From a virus, in the IMG/VR virus record IMGVR_UViG_3300006417_000280: a DNA stretch of 64,000 nt; one strand, 5' to 3'. Within the stretch, counting starts at the first letter, position 1. Each line of letters begins with the position of its first letter. Of the stretch, positions 50,008 to 60,836 are shown piece after piece. The notes under the pieces are model-generated. The model saw only the letters and a program-made list of their open reading frames with translations, was not told the origin of the DNA and searched no databases. A program made the translations under genes and the position numbers.

Positions 50008-50477
50008 GGGAGATCCTTGGCGAAATCCCCACGCACGAGGATGTGATGCAGCCCCTTGGAGGGTGGGTCGAACATGCCACCCGTCTCCGTGGCAACGAGG
50101 CGAAGCCCTCGTTGCAGGGCCAAATCAAGGTGACGGGGCGGGCAGAGGGTCCACACGTCCGTGTACTTCCCCATGAGATCCAGGCAGCGAGGGAAGATGT
50201 CGTAGGGGGGTGCCGACACGACACAGGCGCCAGGAGGCAGGTACACATCCTCGTTCAAATCGGCCCGAACCGTGACGATAGGAAGGCCGTGGGGCACACG
50301 CAGTGTTGGGTCTACCTCCACACCCAAGACCCACTCAGCACCCGCCTCAAGGGCAAGGAGGGCCAGCGCGCCCCCACCTAGGCCCAGGTCGATGACGAAC
50401 CGGCCTTTCAGGTGGAGCTTGCCGATGGTCGACTCGACACGTCCGCCGGGGAGAGTGTTGTGTTGCTGGTAGGCCAC
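50004..50477 (-). CDS. SAM-dependent methyltransferase-like protein
   Basis: VIDLGLGGGAL, GVEVD, SAPPY motifs. Confidence 0.6.
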   Translation of the reverse strand: MAYQQHNTLPGGRVESTIGKLHLKGRFVIDLGLGGGALALLALEAGAEWVLGVEVDPTLRVPHGLPIVTVRADLNEDVYLPPGACVVSAPPYDIFPRCLDLMGKYTDVWTLCPPRHLDLALQRGLRLVATETGGMFDPPSKGLHHILVRGDFAKDLP

Positions 50478-50885
50478 ACGCCCTCTACGCAGTCTTGGCC
50501 TTGGCCAAGACTGCGTTGATGCGCCAGCAGCCCCACTCGATGTCGCCGTTCCACTCGAAGCCACTCTGCTTGGAGACGGACACGTCCGAGGACATGTCCG
50601 AAGCCTTGATGACCGACGACCTGGAAGGGTGGTCATCGACGCGCACCGTGTTGGGGACGGTGACCCGGAGTCGGGTCGACCTCGGGTTGTTCTCCACCAC
50701 CTCGCCCATGTGGGTGGAGACCACGGTGGCCTCCTCGGTGTTGGCGAGCCAGCGCACATGCTGCATCTCGATCTTGGTGCCGGGAGTCAGGTGGTGGAAG
50801 GTCTTGCGGGCCATGGAAGTCTCCTGTGAGCTTGATGCCTATACTACGCAGGCGGGGTGGAACCTGAACCTCCACCCCGCCTTTT

Positions 50886-51521
50886 TCAACCGACCTCGAT
50901 GGAGCGGCACGTCCCCGACCCGTTGTAGAACTGGATCCCCATCTCCTCCACCATCTTGCCCCCGTTCTCATGAACGTGACCGAAGAAGTGGTGGGTGATG
51001 CGGTGGGGCCAGTAGGTCAGGGCCTTGGCCAACGGGGCGGCACCGACTCCACAACGACCATGATGGGCAAGGTCATCCAGGATGCCCGCGGGCGGGGCGT
51101 GCGTCAGCAGGATCGTGGGGTTCTGCGCGAAGGCTCGCTCGACCATCGGCCCCAAGTCGAACTCCTCACCGGCCCACTCCCCGGCGATGAAGGGGACCTC
51201 CCGGAAACCAGCGAACGTCTGCCCACCGAACTCGACCGGACCTTCCGACACGTCGTAGGTCTCGACCCCGCGAGCGCGGAGAAGCTCGGCCAGGCTCACG
51301 TAGTCGTGGTTGCCCGACACGCAGATGACCGGCTTGCCGCCAAGGCGGGCAACCAGTTTTCCAGCGTTACGCTGGAACCAGTCCATCTGGTAGGGCACTT
51401 CGACGGACACGTCACCACGCGACCAGTTCGGAAAAATATCTCCGGTACTGACCCACACATCCGGCGTGCCGACGATGCGGCGATAGTCGCTGTGCAGGTC
51501 GCTGAAGTGGCCGATGATCAT
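50886..51521 (-). CDS. Calcineurin-like metallophosphoesterase
   Basis: SDLH, GD, GNHD, THAPP, FGHVHE motifs. Confidence 0.9.
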   Translation of the reverse strand: MIIGHFSDLHSDYRRIVGTPDVWVSTGDIFPNWSRGDVSVEVPYQMDWFQRNAGKLVARLGGKPVICVSGNHDYVSLAELLRARGVETYDVSEGPVEFGGQTFAGFREVPFIAGEWAGEEFDLGPMVERAFAQNPTILLTHAPPAGILDDLAHHGRCGVGAAPLAKALTYWPHRITHHFFGHVHENGGKMVEEMGIQFYNGSGTCRSIEVG

Positions 51522-51808
51522 GGCGGTGTCCTCTCTATGCTCTACGCGGACACCTACCATACCTGAACCTCAGTCGTCGCCGCCGCAAATTCCTCCATCG
51601 CTATAACCGCCGTCGCAGGAGTCGTGGCTGGATGAGCCCAGATCGAAGTAGTAGGTGTCCGAACTCGAGCTTGAGCGTCTTCCTCCCCTACGCGAACCGG
51701 AGCGACGGGGGCTGGGGTCGGGCCACAGGAGGAGTGGGAGCACGCTCACGGCTATGATGCCGAGGAGGATGAGGATGAACTGGATGAAGGGGTCCATGGG
51801 TCATGCTC

Positions 51809-52549
51809 CTACGGGGTGTTCCGAACGAAACCATACGCCTCGGACACCTTCACGTCGACCGTGACGCCGTGCTCATCCAGGGTCGTGCCCCCGGCGCAGC
51901 CGTAGAAGGTCTTGTCCCCGTAGCGGACGGCCGCGATCTTGTGCCCCGCCTTGTAGGCAAGGTAGAAGCCTTCGTCGACGTCCGTGAGGGGGATCCCCTT
52001 GTCGTCGATGGTGAAGACCGCACGCGCGTTGAACGTGTCCAGCGCGCGGAGCGCCGTGTAGAACGGGTCGCGCGAGCAGTTGTTGTAGGTGTAGATCCGG
52101 GATGCAAACCTGATCGCAGATCGGGTCACCCGCTGCAGCCGCTCCAGGAGCGTGATGTCCCGCTGGTAGTCCTCCTCGGTGGTGTCCGAGAGGGACGCGA
52201 GAATGAGCCACAGGGCCTCGCACTTCGCTTCGGTCGTGTCGAAGATGGGGTCGCTTTGATGGGCACCAACCGGGATACCGGTCGACCCCTTGGGCAGGAG
52301 CACACCGGGGCCACTCCAATGGGCACGCTCGATGGCGTCGCGCCCCACGGCCTCATCCAGCCCGAGGTTCTCGCACAGGTCGTGGAACTCCTTGGGGCAC
52401 ACCTCCATCAGGAAAAGGGGGTCGGGGCCCTGCAGGAATGCCCTGTTCATGACGGTGCAGTCTCGCTCGGAGGCGGGATCGGTGCCGTACACCCGATCCA
52501 TGAGGATCGGGAGCAGGGCGCTTTGAACTCGTTTCTGGTCTTTGTGCAT
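51809..52549 (-). CDS. Hypothetical protein
   Basis: 246-aa ORF with strong codon bias. Confidence 0.65.
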   Translation of the reverse strand: MHKDQKRVQSALLPILMDRVYGTDPASERDCTVMNRAFLQGPDPLFLMEVCPKEFHDLCENLGLDEAVGRDAIERAHWSGPGVLLPKGSTGIPVGAHQSDPIFDTTEAKCEALWLILASLSDTTEEDYQRDITLLERLQRVTRSAIRFASRIYTYNNCSRDPFYTALRALDTFNARAVFTIDDKGIPLTDVDEGFYLAYKAGHKIAAVRYGDKTFYGCAGGTTLDEHGVTVDVKVSEAYGFVRNTP

Positions 52550-53172
52550 GCAGCATCCTACTCAGTGAGCATCTCAGCGAGATGCTCGTCGGTGATGGTG
52601 AGGCTCCCGCCCTCGAACTCCCGGCTCTCCATGTGGTAGATGAACCCGATGACTTGGAGGCGCGTCCCCCCGTTGAACCGGACTTGCCGGGGAGCCCGGG
52701 TCACCTGACAGGGGTTGCCCGAGTACTCGGCGATAATCTCGCCGATGGCTTCGGGGGTCAGGGCGTTGAGTGATGCGGTGTCCATGATCAGAAGTCTCCT
52801 TGGTCACGAGCCACTACGCCGCAGGCGCCTACGACTGAACCTGCGCCGCGCACGAATCCACGACTTGCTTGGTCGGCACGCGTCCGCCCACGCACCCGAT
52901 GACTTCTCGCATCAGGTCGTTGGTGGGCTGGACGTGCATGACGTACCAGGAGGCAGCCATCGTGAGGAGGAACGAGGCGAAGAAGATGCGCGACCAGCGT
53001 TCGCCGGGCGCGTTGGATTCGTGTAGGAAGATGATGTCCATGGTGGGCTCCAGAGGGTGGGGTTGATTCCAGGATGTTCCTTGTCTCGCCAACCCCTACG
53101 CACACCGTCCCACAACCTGAACCTGCTAGTCGGTAACTATGCTATGCCCGTCCAAGCGTAGGAGCGAGGGTT

Positions 53173-56100
53173 ATGACCACATCAGCATCCAAAATCGCGC
53201 AGAGGTACCTTCGCCTTGCGGCGGACGAGCCCGTGTCGACGAGCCGCAAGGTGGAGATCCCACCGGGGCAGTTCGTTGACCTGTCCGTGTTCATCCTATC
53301 CGTGGACGCCTACCAGAAGCTGAAGGGAGAGGACGACCCCCACTTGCAGAAGGTCATCGGCCTTCTGGCGCGCTACCAGGATGATCTTGTGGATGGCATC
53401 GAGCGGTTCATCCTCCCCCTGACGGACGACCCGACGTTCAGTCGATTCCAAGTCCTTGTCATCAGGAGCATGCGGCCAACTCGTAGTCTAGACCAGGCTG
53501 TCTTGCAGGCCGAGATGCTCACGGGGATGTTCACGGTCCTCCACACGCGGCCGACCGTACTTCGCCAAGTGCTCTCGGATTCGCGAGCCGTTGCCTCTGC
53601 GCTGAAGGTGGGGGCTACGGTCACCAACGACTCCCCTGCGAGCATCCTAAACGGACTCGCCGTCGTCCCGCCCGCTTCGCGATTCCAGGTGACCCGCAAG
53701 TGGGTGCGTGAGGCTGCGGCCCTTGCGGGTGTGGCCCCCACGGACACCGAGCTTCTTCTCACGGATGCCACGACGGCACAGGAGATCGGCTCAACGCTCC
53801 ACCAGGTCGAGGCCCAGCTTGCGAGTGCAGACCCCGTGTCCGAAGGGGCGGCGGATCTCCACACACAAAAGCAGGAGCTGATTGCCGATCTGGCCGCGGT
53901 GGCTTCCTCGAGCCCGAACCCGGCCGTCGTGCTGTCCACGGCCGTCGCGAAGGCGTCGCAGTCCGTGGACTACGCGACGGCGACCGCAAAGGCGCAGCGC
54001 CTCTCGCCGGCACAGGAGAAGGCGATGATGGCTCGGGGCAAGGTGCTCATTGCTGCGGGCGCAGGTTCTGGAAAGACCAGCGTGCTGGCATCCAAGGTCG
54101 TCTACCACATCAACGAGCTTGGTGTCCCACCGTCGGCGGTCATCGCCACTTCGTTCTCTCGGAAGTCGGCGGCAGAACTTCGCCGTCGCATCGAGAAGTA
54201 CGGGGCATCGATTCCAAACAGTGCTGAGACTGGATTCGGAACGACGCACTCCATCGCTGGCAAGCTCATGAGGGAGTACGGACAAGGCGGACGGGAAGGG
54301 CTCAAGAGCTATGAGCAGACCAACCTCGTGCGTCTTGCTATGGAGCAGGTGCAGATGGTTGGGGCTGGTGGCCAGACCCCTCCTGAGCCTACAAGTCTCT
54401 TTGGAGGGCCGCCCGCACCAGGCAAGGGGGAGGCGTCCCTTGCCACCAACCTCACGTTCCGCCAGGCGTGTGAGCTAGCCTACGACCGTCGAGGCAAGCT
54501 CAACCTGTTCCAGAAGTCCTTCATTGAGTCCTTCTTCAACACGAGCGACCAGTGGCATCGCCTCACGATGCAGAAGACGAATAACCTCAGGGATCCACGG
54601 GGCTTGACCGATAAGCAGAGCGCCATCCTCAAGGACATCTTCGCGCGCACAGGCATCGATTACCGGGTGGCCACGGATCCCCTCCTCACCCCACAGTCCA
54701 AGACGGCCGCATCCGTGATGGCCGTGTCGTCACCGAAGAAGAAGAGCGTGGGGCTCGCGGACAAGTTCCAGTTCTACTCCCGGCCTGCGAACCAGTGGTT
54801 CAACCTCGGCATAGACTTGACCGAAGAGGGGCCAGACGGGCAAAGACGACCGATTCCGATGGGTGTGTTCAAGCAGGCCATCACCAAGTACAAGGGCGCT
54901 GCTATCTCCCCGTCCGAAGCCTACGCCATCTCACCGTCGAACGAGGCGGCCGTCTACGCTGCCTACGAATGGCTCAAGGGACCCAACGGTGAAGTGGATT
55001 TCCAGGGCAAGGGAGACTTCGACGACATCCTCCTTGACGTCTCGAAGATGCTCGTGTCCAACCCGCGCGTACTTCGTCAAGTACAGTCTAGGTTCAAGAC
55101 CATCCTAGTAGACGAATCGCAGGACCAGAACCGTGCGCAGCACATCATGTTTGGCCTCATCTCGGGCTTCCTCGACCCCGCCAAGGTCCCCAACGTCGCA
55201 AAGGCCAAGAAGATAGGCGAGCTTGCCAACGACAATGGGAATATGACCGCGGAAACCTACGCTTTCGTGGGGGACGACAAGCAGGCGATCTATTCCTTCC
55301 GCGGGGCGGATCCGGATGCGTTCATTGACATGTCGGATCTGGTGGAGGGTGGTGCTGGATTCAAGACGCATGTGTTGACGACGAACTACCGGTCGGGTGA
55401 ACTCATTGTGGAGGCGGCCAACCGGCTCATCGCCTACAACACGCGGCAGATCCCGATGACCTGTAACCCGAACCCGGACCGTGTGGACAAGGGCGGGATT
55501 GAGGTGGTGCGCTTCGAGCCTACGGAAGGGCGGAACATGAAGGGCCCGGCCGCCTGGCTTGCCACGCAGATCGCCGAGGACATGGAGGCAGGCCGTGCGG
55601 GCCCCAAGGGCTACGACTCCTATGGTGTGGGTCTGCGTTCCAACGCCGAAGCCTACGCCTATGGGCTTGAGTTGCTGAAGCGCGGCATCCCGTTCCGGTC
55701 GAAGGCGAACTTCTTCAACGACCCGAACACGAAGGCACTCCTCTACTGGCTCACCATCGCCGACGAAGGGCTCACCGGAAATGCCGACCGAGTGAACGAA
55801 GCGGTGCTCGGTGCTCGCTCGGCTCCTGCCACCCGACTTGGGGCCAAGTTCGAGGAGAAGTTGACGGAGCGGGCGTCGGGCAACTACCTTGTGTGGCTCC
55901 AGGACAACTGGCAGCGGATCTATGGGAGCGAGGGGCCGTGGGCCGACCTTGTCTATGCCTACGTCCAGAACCTCCTCCGCATCGCCAACATGCAGGGGCA
56001 GCCCGCAGAAGCCGTGATGAACGAGGTGCTCACCCTAAGTGGCTTCGACGGTCGCTCGGTGACGGACGTGCTGATCGACAAGGTGCGCGAGGACGATGAG

Positions 56101-56703
56101 GCGCTTGCCGAGCTGCGCGCAGAGTCGGCAGACGGCACGGTAACCGAGGAAGCCATCATGGAGATGGCCTTTGCGCCGATCGAGCCCCTCAAGGGGCTTC
56201 TCGGTGCACGGCCCGACCTGGCCGAAGCGATGAAGTATACGCGGCAGCTCCAGGCGGCCAACCAGAAGCTCAGCACGCCGGACGACCCCGACGCCAAGGG
56301 CTTCCTAGAGCCCGCAGTGACCCTTGGGACGATGCACTCGTGGAAGGGCTTGGAAGTCCCGACCATGTACGTTCCGCTCGTCGGTGGTCGGTTCCCCCGT
56401 TCGGATGCCTCCGAAGAAGACCTTGCGGCCGAGCGGCGGCTCGCCTACGTCGCCATCACGCGCGGCGAGAACCAGGTTGTCGTGATGGACATCCCCACCG
56501 CCCGGCAAACGAAGCAAGGCACGGTCATCCAGAACAGTCAGTTCGTCGGTGAGCTGTGCGTTCCTACGCGGCTGGCCACCTCGGGTGACCGAGATGATAT
56601 GGACGCCGAAGCCGAAGTGATGCAGGGTGAAATGAACAGGTCGGCGGGCGTGTCCCCTCTCAGCGACGAGGCGATCAACGCCTACCTACAAGGACAGAGG
56701 TAG
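53173..56703 (+). CDS. UvrD/PcrA-like SF1 helicase with long N-terminal extension
   Basis: AGAGSGKT, VDESQD, VGDDKQAIYSFRGA, NYRS, TMHSWKGLE, ERRLAYVAITR. Confidence 0.92.
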   Translation: MTTSASKIAQRYLRLAADEPVSTSRKVEIPPGQFVDLSVFILSVDAYQKLKGEDDPHLQKVIGLLARYQDDLVDGIERFILPLTDDPTFSRFQVLVIRSMRPTRSLDQAVLQAEMLTGMFTVLHTRPTVLRQVLSDSRAVASALKVGATVTNDSPASILNGLAVVPPASRFQVTRKWVREAAALAGVAPTDTELLLTDATTAQEIGSTLHQVEAQLASADPVSEGAADLHTQKQELIADLAAVASSSPNPAVVLSTAVAKASQSVDYATATAKAQRLSPAQEKAMMARGKVLIAAGAGSGKTSVLASKVVYHINELGVPPSAVIATSFSRKSAAELRRRIEKYGASIPNSAETGFGTTHSIAGKLMREYGQGGREGLKSYEQTNLVRLAMEQVQMVGAGGQTPPEPTSLFGGPPAPGKGEASLATNLTFRQACELAYDRRGKLNLFQKSFIESFFNTSDQWHRLTMQKTNNLRDPRGLTDKQSAILKDIFARTGIDYRVATDPLLTPQSKTAASVMAVSSPKKKSVGLADKFQFYSRPANQWFNLGIDLTEEGPDGQRRPIPMGVFKQAITKYKGAAISPSEAYAISPSNEAAVYAAYEWLKGPNGEVDFQGKGDFDDILLDVSKMLVSNPRVLRQVQSRFKTILVDESQDQNRAQHIMFGLISGFLDPAKVPNVAKAKKIGELANDNGNMTAETYAFVGDDKQAIYSFRGADPDAFIDMSDLVEGGAGFKTHVLTTNYRSGELIVEAANRLIAYNTRQIPMTCNPNPDRVDKGGIEVVRFEPTEGRNMKGPAAWLATQIAEDMEAGRAGPKGYDSYGVGLRSNAEAYAYGLELLKRGIPFRSKANFFNDPNTKALLYWLTIADEGLTGNADRVNEAVLGARSAPATRLGAKFEEKLTERASGNYLVWLQDNWQRIYGSEGPWADLVYAYVQNLLRIANMQGQPAEAVMNEVLTLSGFDGRSVTDVLIDKVREDDEALAELRAESADGTVTEEAIMEMAFAPIEPLKGLLGARPDLAEAMKYTRQLQAANQKLSTPDDPDAKGFLEPAVTLGTMHSWKGLEVPTMYVPLVGGRFPRSDASEEDLAAERRLAYVAITRGENQVVVMDIPTARQTKQGTVIQNSQFVGELCVPTRLATSGDRDDMDAEAEVMQGEMNRSAGVSPLSDEAINAYLQGQR

Positions 56704-56706
56704 CCC

Positions 56707-57510
56707 ATGGCATACGTACAGTTCACCCGCGAGGAATTTGAGGACTGGCTTGCAACCACGGGTCATCGGTGGAAGCTGAAGCCAGGGACAGCAGGCATCT
56801 ACGTCACCCCGTTGTCCGACACGGTGGCCGTTGAGGTGTCCTCGTCCATGACAGGCAAGGGGAACGTGGTGACCTACGCGGGGGCGTCGATGGGGGCCCG
56901 ACTCGTGAGCCAGGTCACGGGGTTCACGCTCAACAAGGTCGCGCAGGGGCAGGACCACGTCAAGCGCACGACCAACTGGCGCGTGAATCTGGGAAAGGTC
57001 ATTGACCGCATCATCGACGCTTACCGAAAGTCGTCCGCGTTCTACGACGCCCTTGCCGCCATCGAGGACAGGGCCGCCTACAAGAAAGACACCATGGCGA
57101 AGATTGAGGCCATCCCAGGTTGGGAGCAGGATCAGTTCCTCAAGAGTCTGCATGATCGCCTTGAATCCAATGGCATCCTCACGCAGAAGCAACTGGAGGC
57201 CCTTGAGCGCGCGGGACACGCCCGGCCCGGCCCTCAAGAGCCTAATGTGAACCCCCGGCTCCTGGGACAGGTGCGGGCCCTCTACGCCGTGGGCAAGGAG
57301 AGGAGCAACCCGTGGCTCATGGACTTTGCGAAGTCCATGGGGGAGATCATCAAGGCGGGCCGCCCCGGCACGGAAGCGCAGAAGCGCACGCTCAATGGCC
57401 TCCTTGACGAGCACGAAGATGCCATCTCGGACATTCTGCGCAGGAGCCCGAACCTCATTCGGGTGTCGGCCGAGCGCGTGGCTGACCGGCATTTGCGCCG
57501 AGACAGCTAG
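56707..57510 (+). CDS. Hypothetical protein ending in RVSAERVADRHL
   Basis: Follows the helicase in the same frame; has its own RBS. Confidence 0.7.
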   Translation: MAYVQFTREEFEDWLATTGHRWKLKPGTAGIYVTPLSDTVAVEVSSSMTGKGNVVTYAGASMGARLVSQVTGFTLNKVAQGQDHVKRTTNWRVNLGKVIDRIIDAYRKSSAFYDALAAIEDRAAYKKDTMAKIEAIPGWEQDQFLKSLHDRLESNGILTQKQLEALERAGHARPGPQEPNVNPRLLGQVRALYAVGKERSNPWLMDFAKSMGEIIKAGRPGTEAQKRTLNGLLDEHEDAISDILRRSPNLIRVSAERVADRHLRRDS

Positions 57511-58580
57511 TCGTCGATGCCTAGGAGCGCCTGCGCCTTGCGCTTGAGACGCAGCCACGGCGCATTGGCCTCCTCCCACTTGCCGCCTTCGTTGGTGTCG
57601 TCCTCTCGGACGTACTCGGCCAGGCACTCGGCGAGCGCACGATTGCGCTCTTCCAGAGCAGCCATGGACCGAGCCAACCCGTCCGCCCGGTCAACGACGG
57701 CTCGGATGCTCTTGCGAAGCTCCACGCGGTCTTGAGGGGTCGCCACAAGCGGGATGCATCGGCACCCACCGTTCGTTCCTTGTCGCTCCTCCAGCGCGGA
57801 TCGGAACACGCAACCCGAGTCGAGGCAGGTCATCGGGGACACTCCACTTCGCACATGAGTCGATGGGCCTCGGTCTCGCTCTTGCCCGCCTTGACGGCAT
57901 CGATGAAGACGCGGGATCGGTAGACGATGTCCTGCCACTCTCGACGCTCCTTGGCCGCCAGCTCATCGCTTCGCAGCGCGCCAGCGAACCAGACCCCGAG
58001 CTTGTCCAGGTCTTCCTCCGTCGTGCGGGCGTTGAGGGTGAGGGCGGCGGCATGCCGGGCGACGGCCTCGATGGCATCGCTCCGCTTCTCGATGCAGGCC
58101 GTGATGGTGCGCATCCCCCCGGCCCTCACGAGGAAGGTGTACCAGTCCCCGTGTTCGTCGGGGGCGACCCCGATAGCGACCCACCGGTCGTTGGGGTTCT
58201 CGAAGGCGTTGCTTGGGAACACAGGGGCCGGGTAGACCCACGCCCCTTCCTTCGCCGCCTGGGCACCCCGGGCCGCGACATCCTCAGCTGCCTGGCGGGC
58301 GGCAGTCTTCGTGCTGGCCCGTCCAGTGAGGGGGCCGATCTGGTATTCGAACGGGGGCATGACGCTGATCCGTGTGGGGGTGTGTCGCCCCCCTACTACA
58401 CGGATTCATGCGCCTACTGAACCGAGTCGTCCCCAACAATCTGCTGGATGCCGTCCAACGTCCGCCTTGCGCTGCGGAAATAGTAGGCTCCCATGCCTAT
58501 CAACCCCCCCGCCATGCCAAACAACACGAGGATGAGGGCGTTCGTCGACATTGATGAGTGCATCTCCTATCAAGGACACC

Positions 58581-59792
58581 CTACCCGTTAAGGATTGGCA
58601 GGAGGTGGGGGCGAAGGGTCGGGTTTGTGTGGGCAAGGCGAATGAGTTGGCTGCGGAGACTGCCCTTCTTCTTGCCTGAAGCGAAGTCCTTGGCCTTGTC
58701 TGCGGAGGCGAACGGGCCACCAACCTTCCCCTTGGAGTTCTTGGCGTAGTGCTTGCCGTTCTGTTGCTTCCACGTGCTGCCTGGTTTGCGGGCCAGGTCG
58801 AGCGGCTTGTCCGCGTCCACGATGTTGTCCTGCAAGTCCGCACGAAACACGCCGGGCACGTTGAACGATCGGTCCAGGGCATCCTCGATGCCCGTCTCGA
58901 TGACCTTGACCTTGATCTTGCGCTCCGGGTCTGCGAGCAGGAGTCCTGCATACCGATGGTGGCCATCGATCACGGTCACCTTGCCCGTCTTGGGATCCCG
59001 AGCCACTAAGATGGGCAAATTTGGCAGCTTGTCGAATTCACCCGTGAGGAACGACTTGGCGATGCTGTACGACTTGCCTGCCTTGATCTCGGCCTGCGAA
59101 GCCGTAAGTTCCCCCACGGGAAGCTCATCGTCCGTAATCTTGATCCCGTCCTTCTTGAGCTGGTCAAACCATAGCTTCTGCGGGGTGTCCGAGGGCTTCG
59201 CGCCGGCATCAATTGCTGCTTGACCCTTACGCTTGTCCACTGGGTCATCGGAATCCAGAAGCTTCTGGATCGGCTTGTCCATGATCTGCGGCATGTTGTC
59301 GCGCGTGATGCCAAGGTTGCCCTTGCACGCAGGAGGATTCACCTTACAGAAATCCGTGGACTTGCCGATGCCTTTGACCATGTGGGCGGCAATGTGCATT
59401 GCTCGCATGAGGTCACCGCGAGTAGGCTTCTCGTGATCTCCCGCGATGATCTGGAGCTTGAAATCCTCACCAAGCTCCTTGACTGCTGGATGATCCTTGA
59501 ACGCCTGGATGTCGCTCTCGGAGGCAACCGTCTTGTCCCCAAACTTCTTGACGTTCTTGTCGATGTCGAGCAAGTCGGCTAGGGCCTCCTTGACCTCCTT
59601 CTTCTTCTGCGCTGGCTTGTCTTTCGTGACCGTGTGATTGGCCGGGTTGGCCTTCGGGTGGTCTTCCAAGTACTGCTTCAGTGCTTTTTCCGTCCCAAAC
59701 TCGCGCGCCTCCTTGAGCAATGGGAGGATGTGGGAACGCAAATCTACACGGTCATGGGCAAGGCGAATGAGTTGGGAGCGAAGGTTCTGCAT
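58581..59792 (-). CDS. ParB/Srx-like domain protein with LRSQLIRLAH motifs at both termini
   Basis: LTASQAEI...VIDGHHRYA; duplicated terminal motif. Confidence 0.75.
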   Translation of the reverse strand: MQNLRSQLIRLAHDRVDLRSHILPLLKEAREFGTEKALKQYLEDHPKANPANHTVTKDKPAQKKKEVKEALADLLDIDKNVKKFGDKTVASESDIQAFKDHPAVKELGEDFKLQIIAGDHEKPTRGDLMRAMHIAAHMVKGIGKSTDFCKVNPPACKGNLGITRDNMPQIMDKPIQKLLDSDDPVDKRKGQAAIDAGAKPSDTPQKLWFDQLKKDGIKITDDELPVGELTASQAEIKAGKSYSIAKSFLTGEFDKLPNLPILVARDPKTGKVTVIDGHHRYAGLLLADPERKIKVKVIETGIEDALDRSFNVPGVFRADLQDNIVDADKPLDLARKPGSTWKQQNGKHYAKNSKGKVGGPFASADKAKDFASGKKKGSLRSQLIRLAHTNPTLRPHLLPILNG

Positions 59793-60377
59793 GGGCCACC
59801 TCTCCCCACCTCTCCCCATAGAGGGCCTACCGGGCATACAAGTACACGAGCCCCAAGGCGCTTAGCGCCAACAACGTGGCGCTCCCATCGGCACCGACAC
59901 TCAGCGCCATGAGTGAGCCTACGATCAGCCCGATCAAAATGATGATGGACCAGAGGGGCCACGTGGAAAGAGGCGTCGCAGACACTATGGTGCCGTGGCA
60001 CACGTCGGGCATCGAACGACCCGGTGCGGAAGGCACCGCTGTGCACCCGGGACAACGATCGGGGGCACTTTCAGAGCCATCATCGAACCATAGGTTGTCG
60101 CACCCGCGAGCATCCACGGCCAGCTCATCATCACCCAGGGCCAAAGCATGGCAGCCTCCGTTACTTGCCGAAGGCTATAGCTTCGATATCGGAGTGTCGC
60201 GTGCCCCCCTCCCGACAAGTTCCACAGGGAGGGGGGCACACGAGTCCCGTGGGTCGTCCATTCCGGGCACTCCCCGCCGCACAAGTGTGGGGGCAGGTTG
60301 TGCTCTTCTACACCATCTAGTGTGCAGACACCCCCTGCGATTCCGTTCGGGTAGGGGGACGCACCCAAGGAGCCTCG

Positions 60378-60836
60378 ATGCGAACCCTACGCGAAGTCCC
60401 GCCCGAGTACCAGATGTCACGCTGGGATGCCCTCCCCATTCCGTACAGGCCATGGTGGCGGAACGACGAGGAGTCCAAAGGACGGTTCGTCGTTCGGACT
60501 GATGGCGTCATCGCCATTGACGAGGAGGAGGCCGAAGCAATCGACCAGGCCAAGCCGTTGCCCCATCCCGGCTACCGGGTCGGGCAGATCTGGGTGGTGC
60601 TGTTCCCCCAGATGAGCATGGTGGTGGGCCCGCTTACGGCGCTGGACCTTGTGGAGCCCAGCCGCACACACAACACAGTAATGTACGGCCTGGAAGATTA
60701 CGGGCCACTGCTCCGGCTCGCCCACAAGGTCCTCAAGAACACGCCAATCATAAACACGGGGTGGGGGATTGAGTCCGGGTCCATCCTGCTCGTTGACCCA
60801 TGCAGGCCCGAACTGGCCCCGTGGGCCAGTTCGTAG
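60378..60836 (+). CDS. Hypothetical protein
   Basis: AAGGAG RBS. Confidence 0.6.
   Translation: MRTLREVPPEYQMSRWDALPIPYRPWWRNDEESKGRFVVRTDGVIAIDEEEAEAIDQAKPLPHPGYRVGQIWVVLFPQMSMVVGPLTALDLVEPSRTHNTVMYGLEDYGPLLRLAHKVLKNTPIINTGWGIESGSILLVDPCRPELAPWASS

Noticed and set aside
58414..58551. Phase-variable poly-G frameshift
   Set aside because: The G7 run is in frame within a small membrane-peptide ORF.
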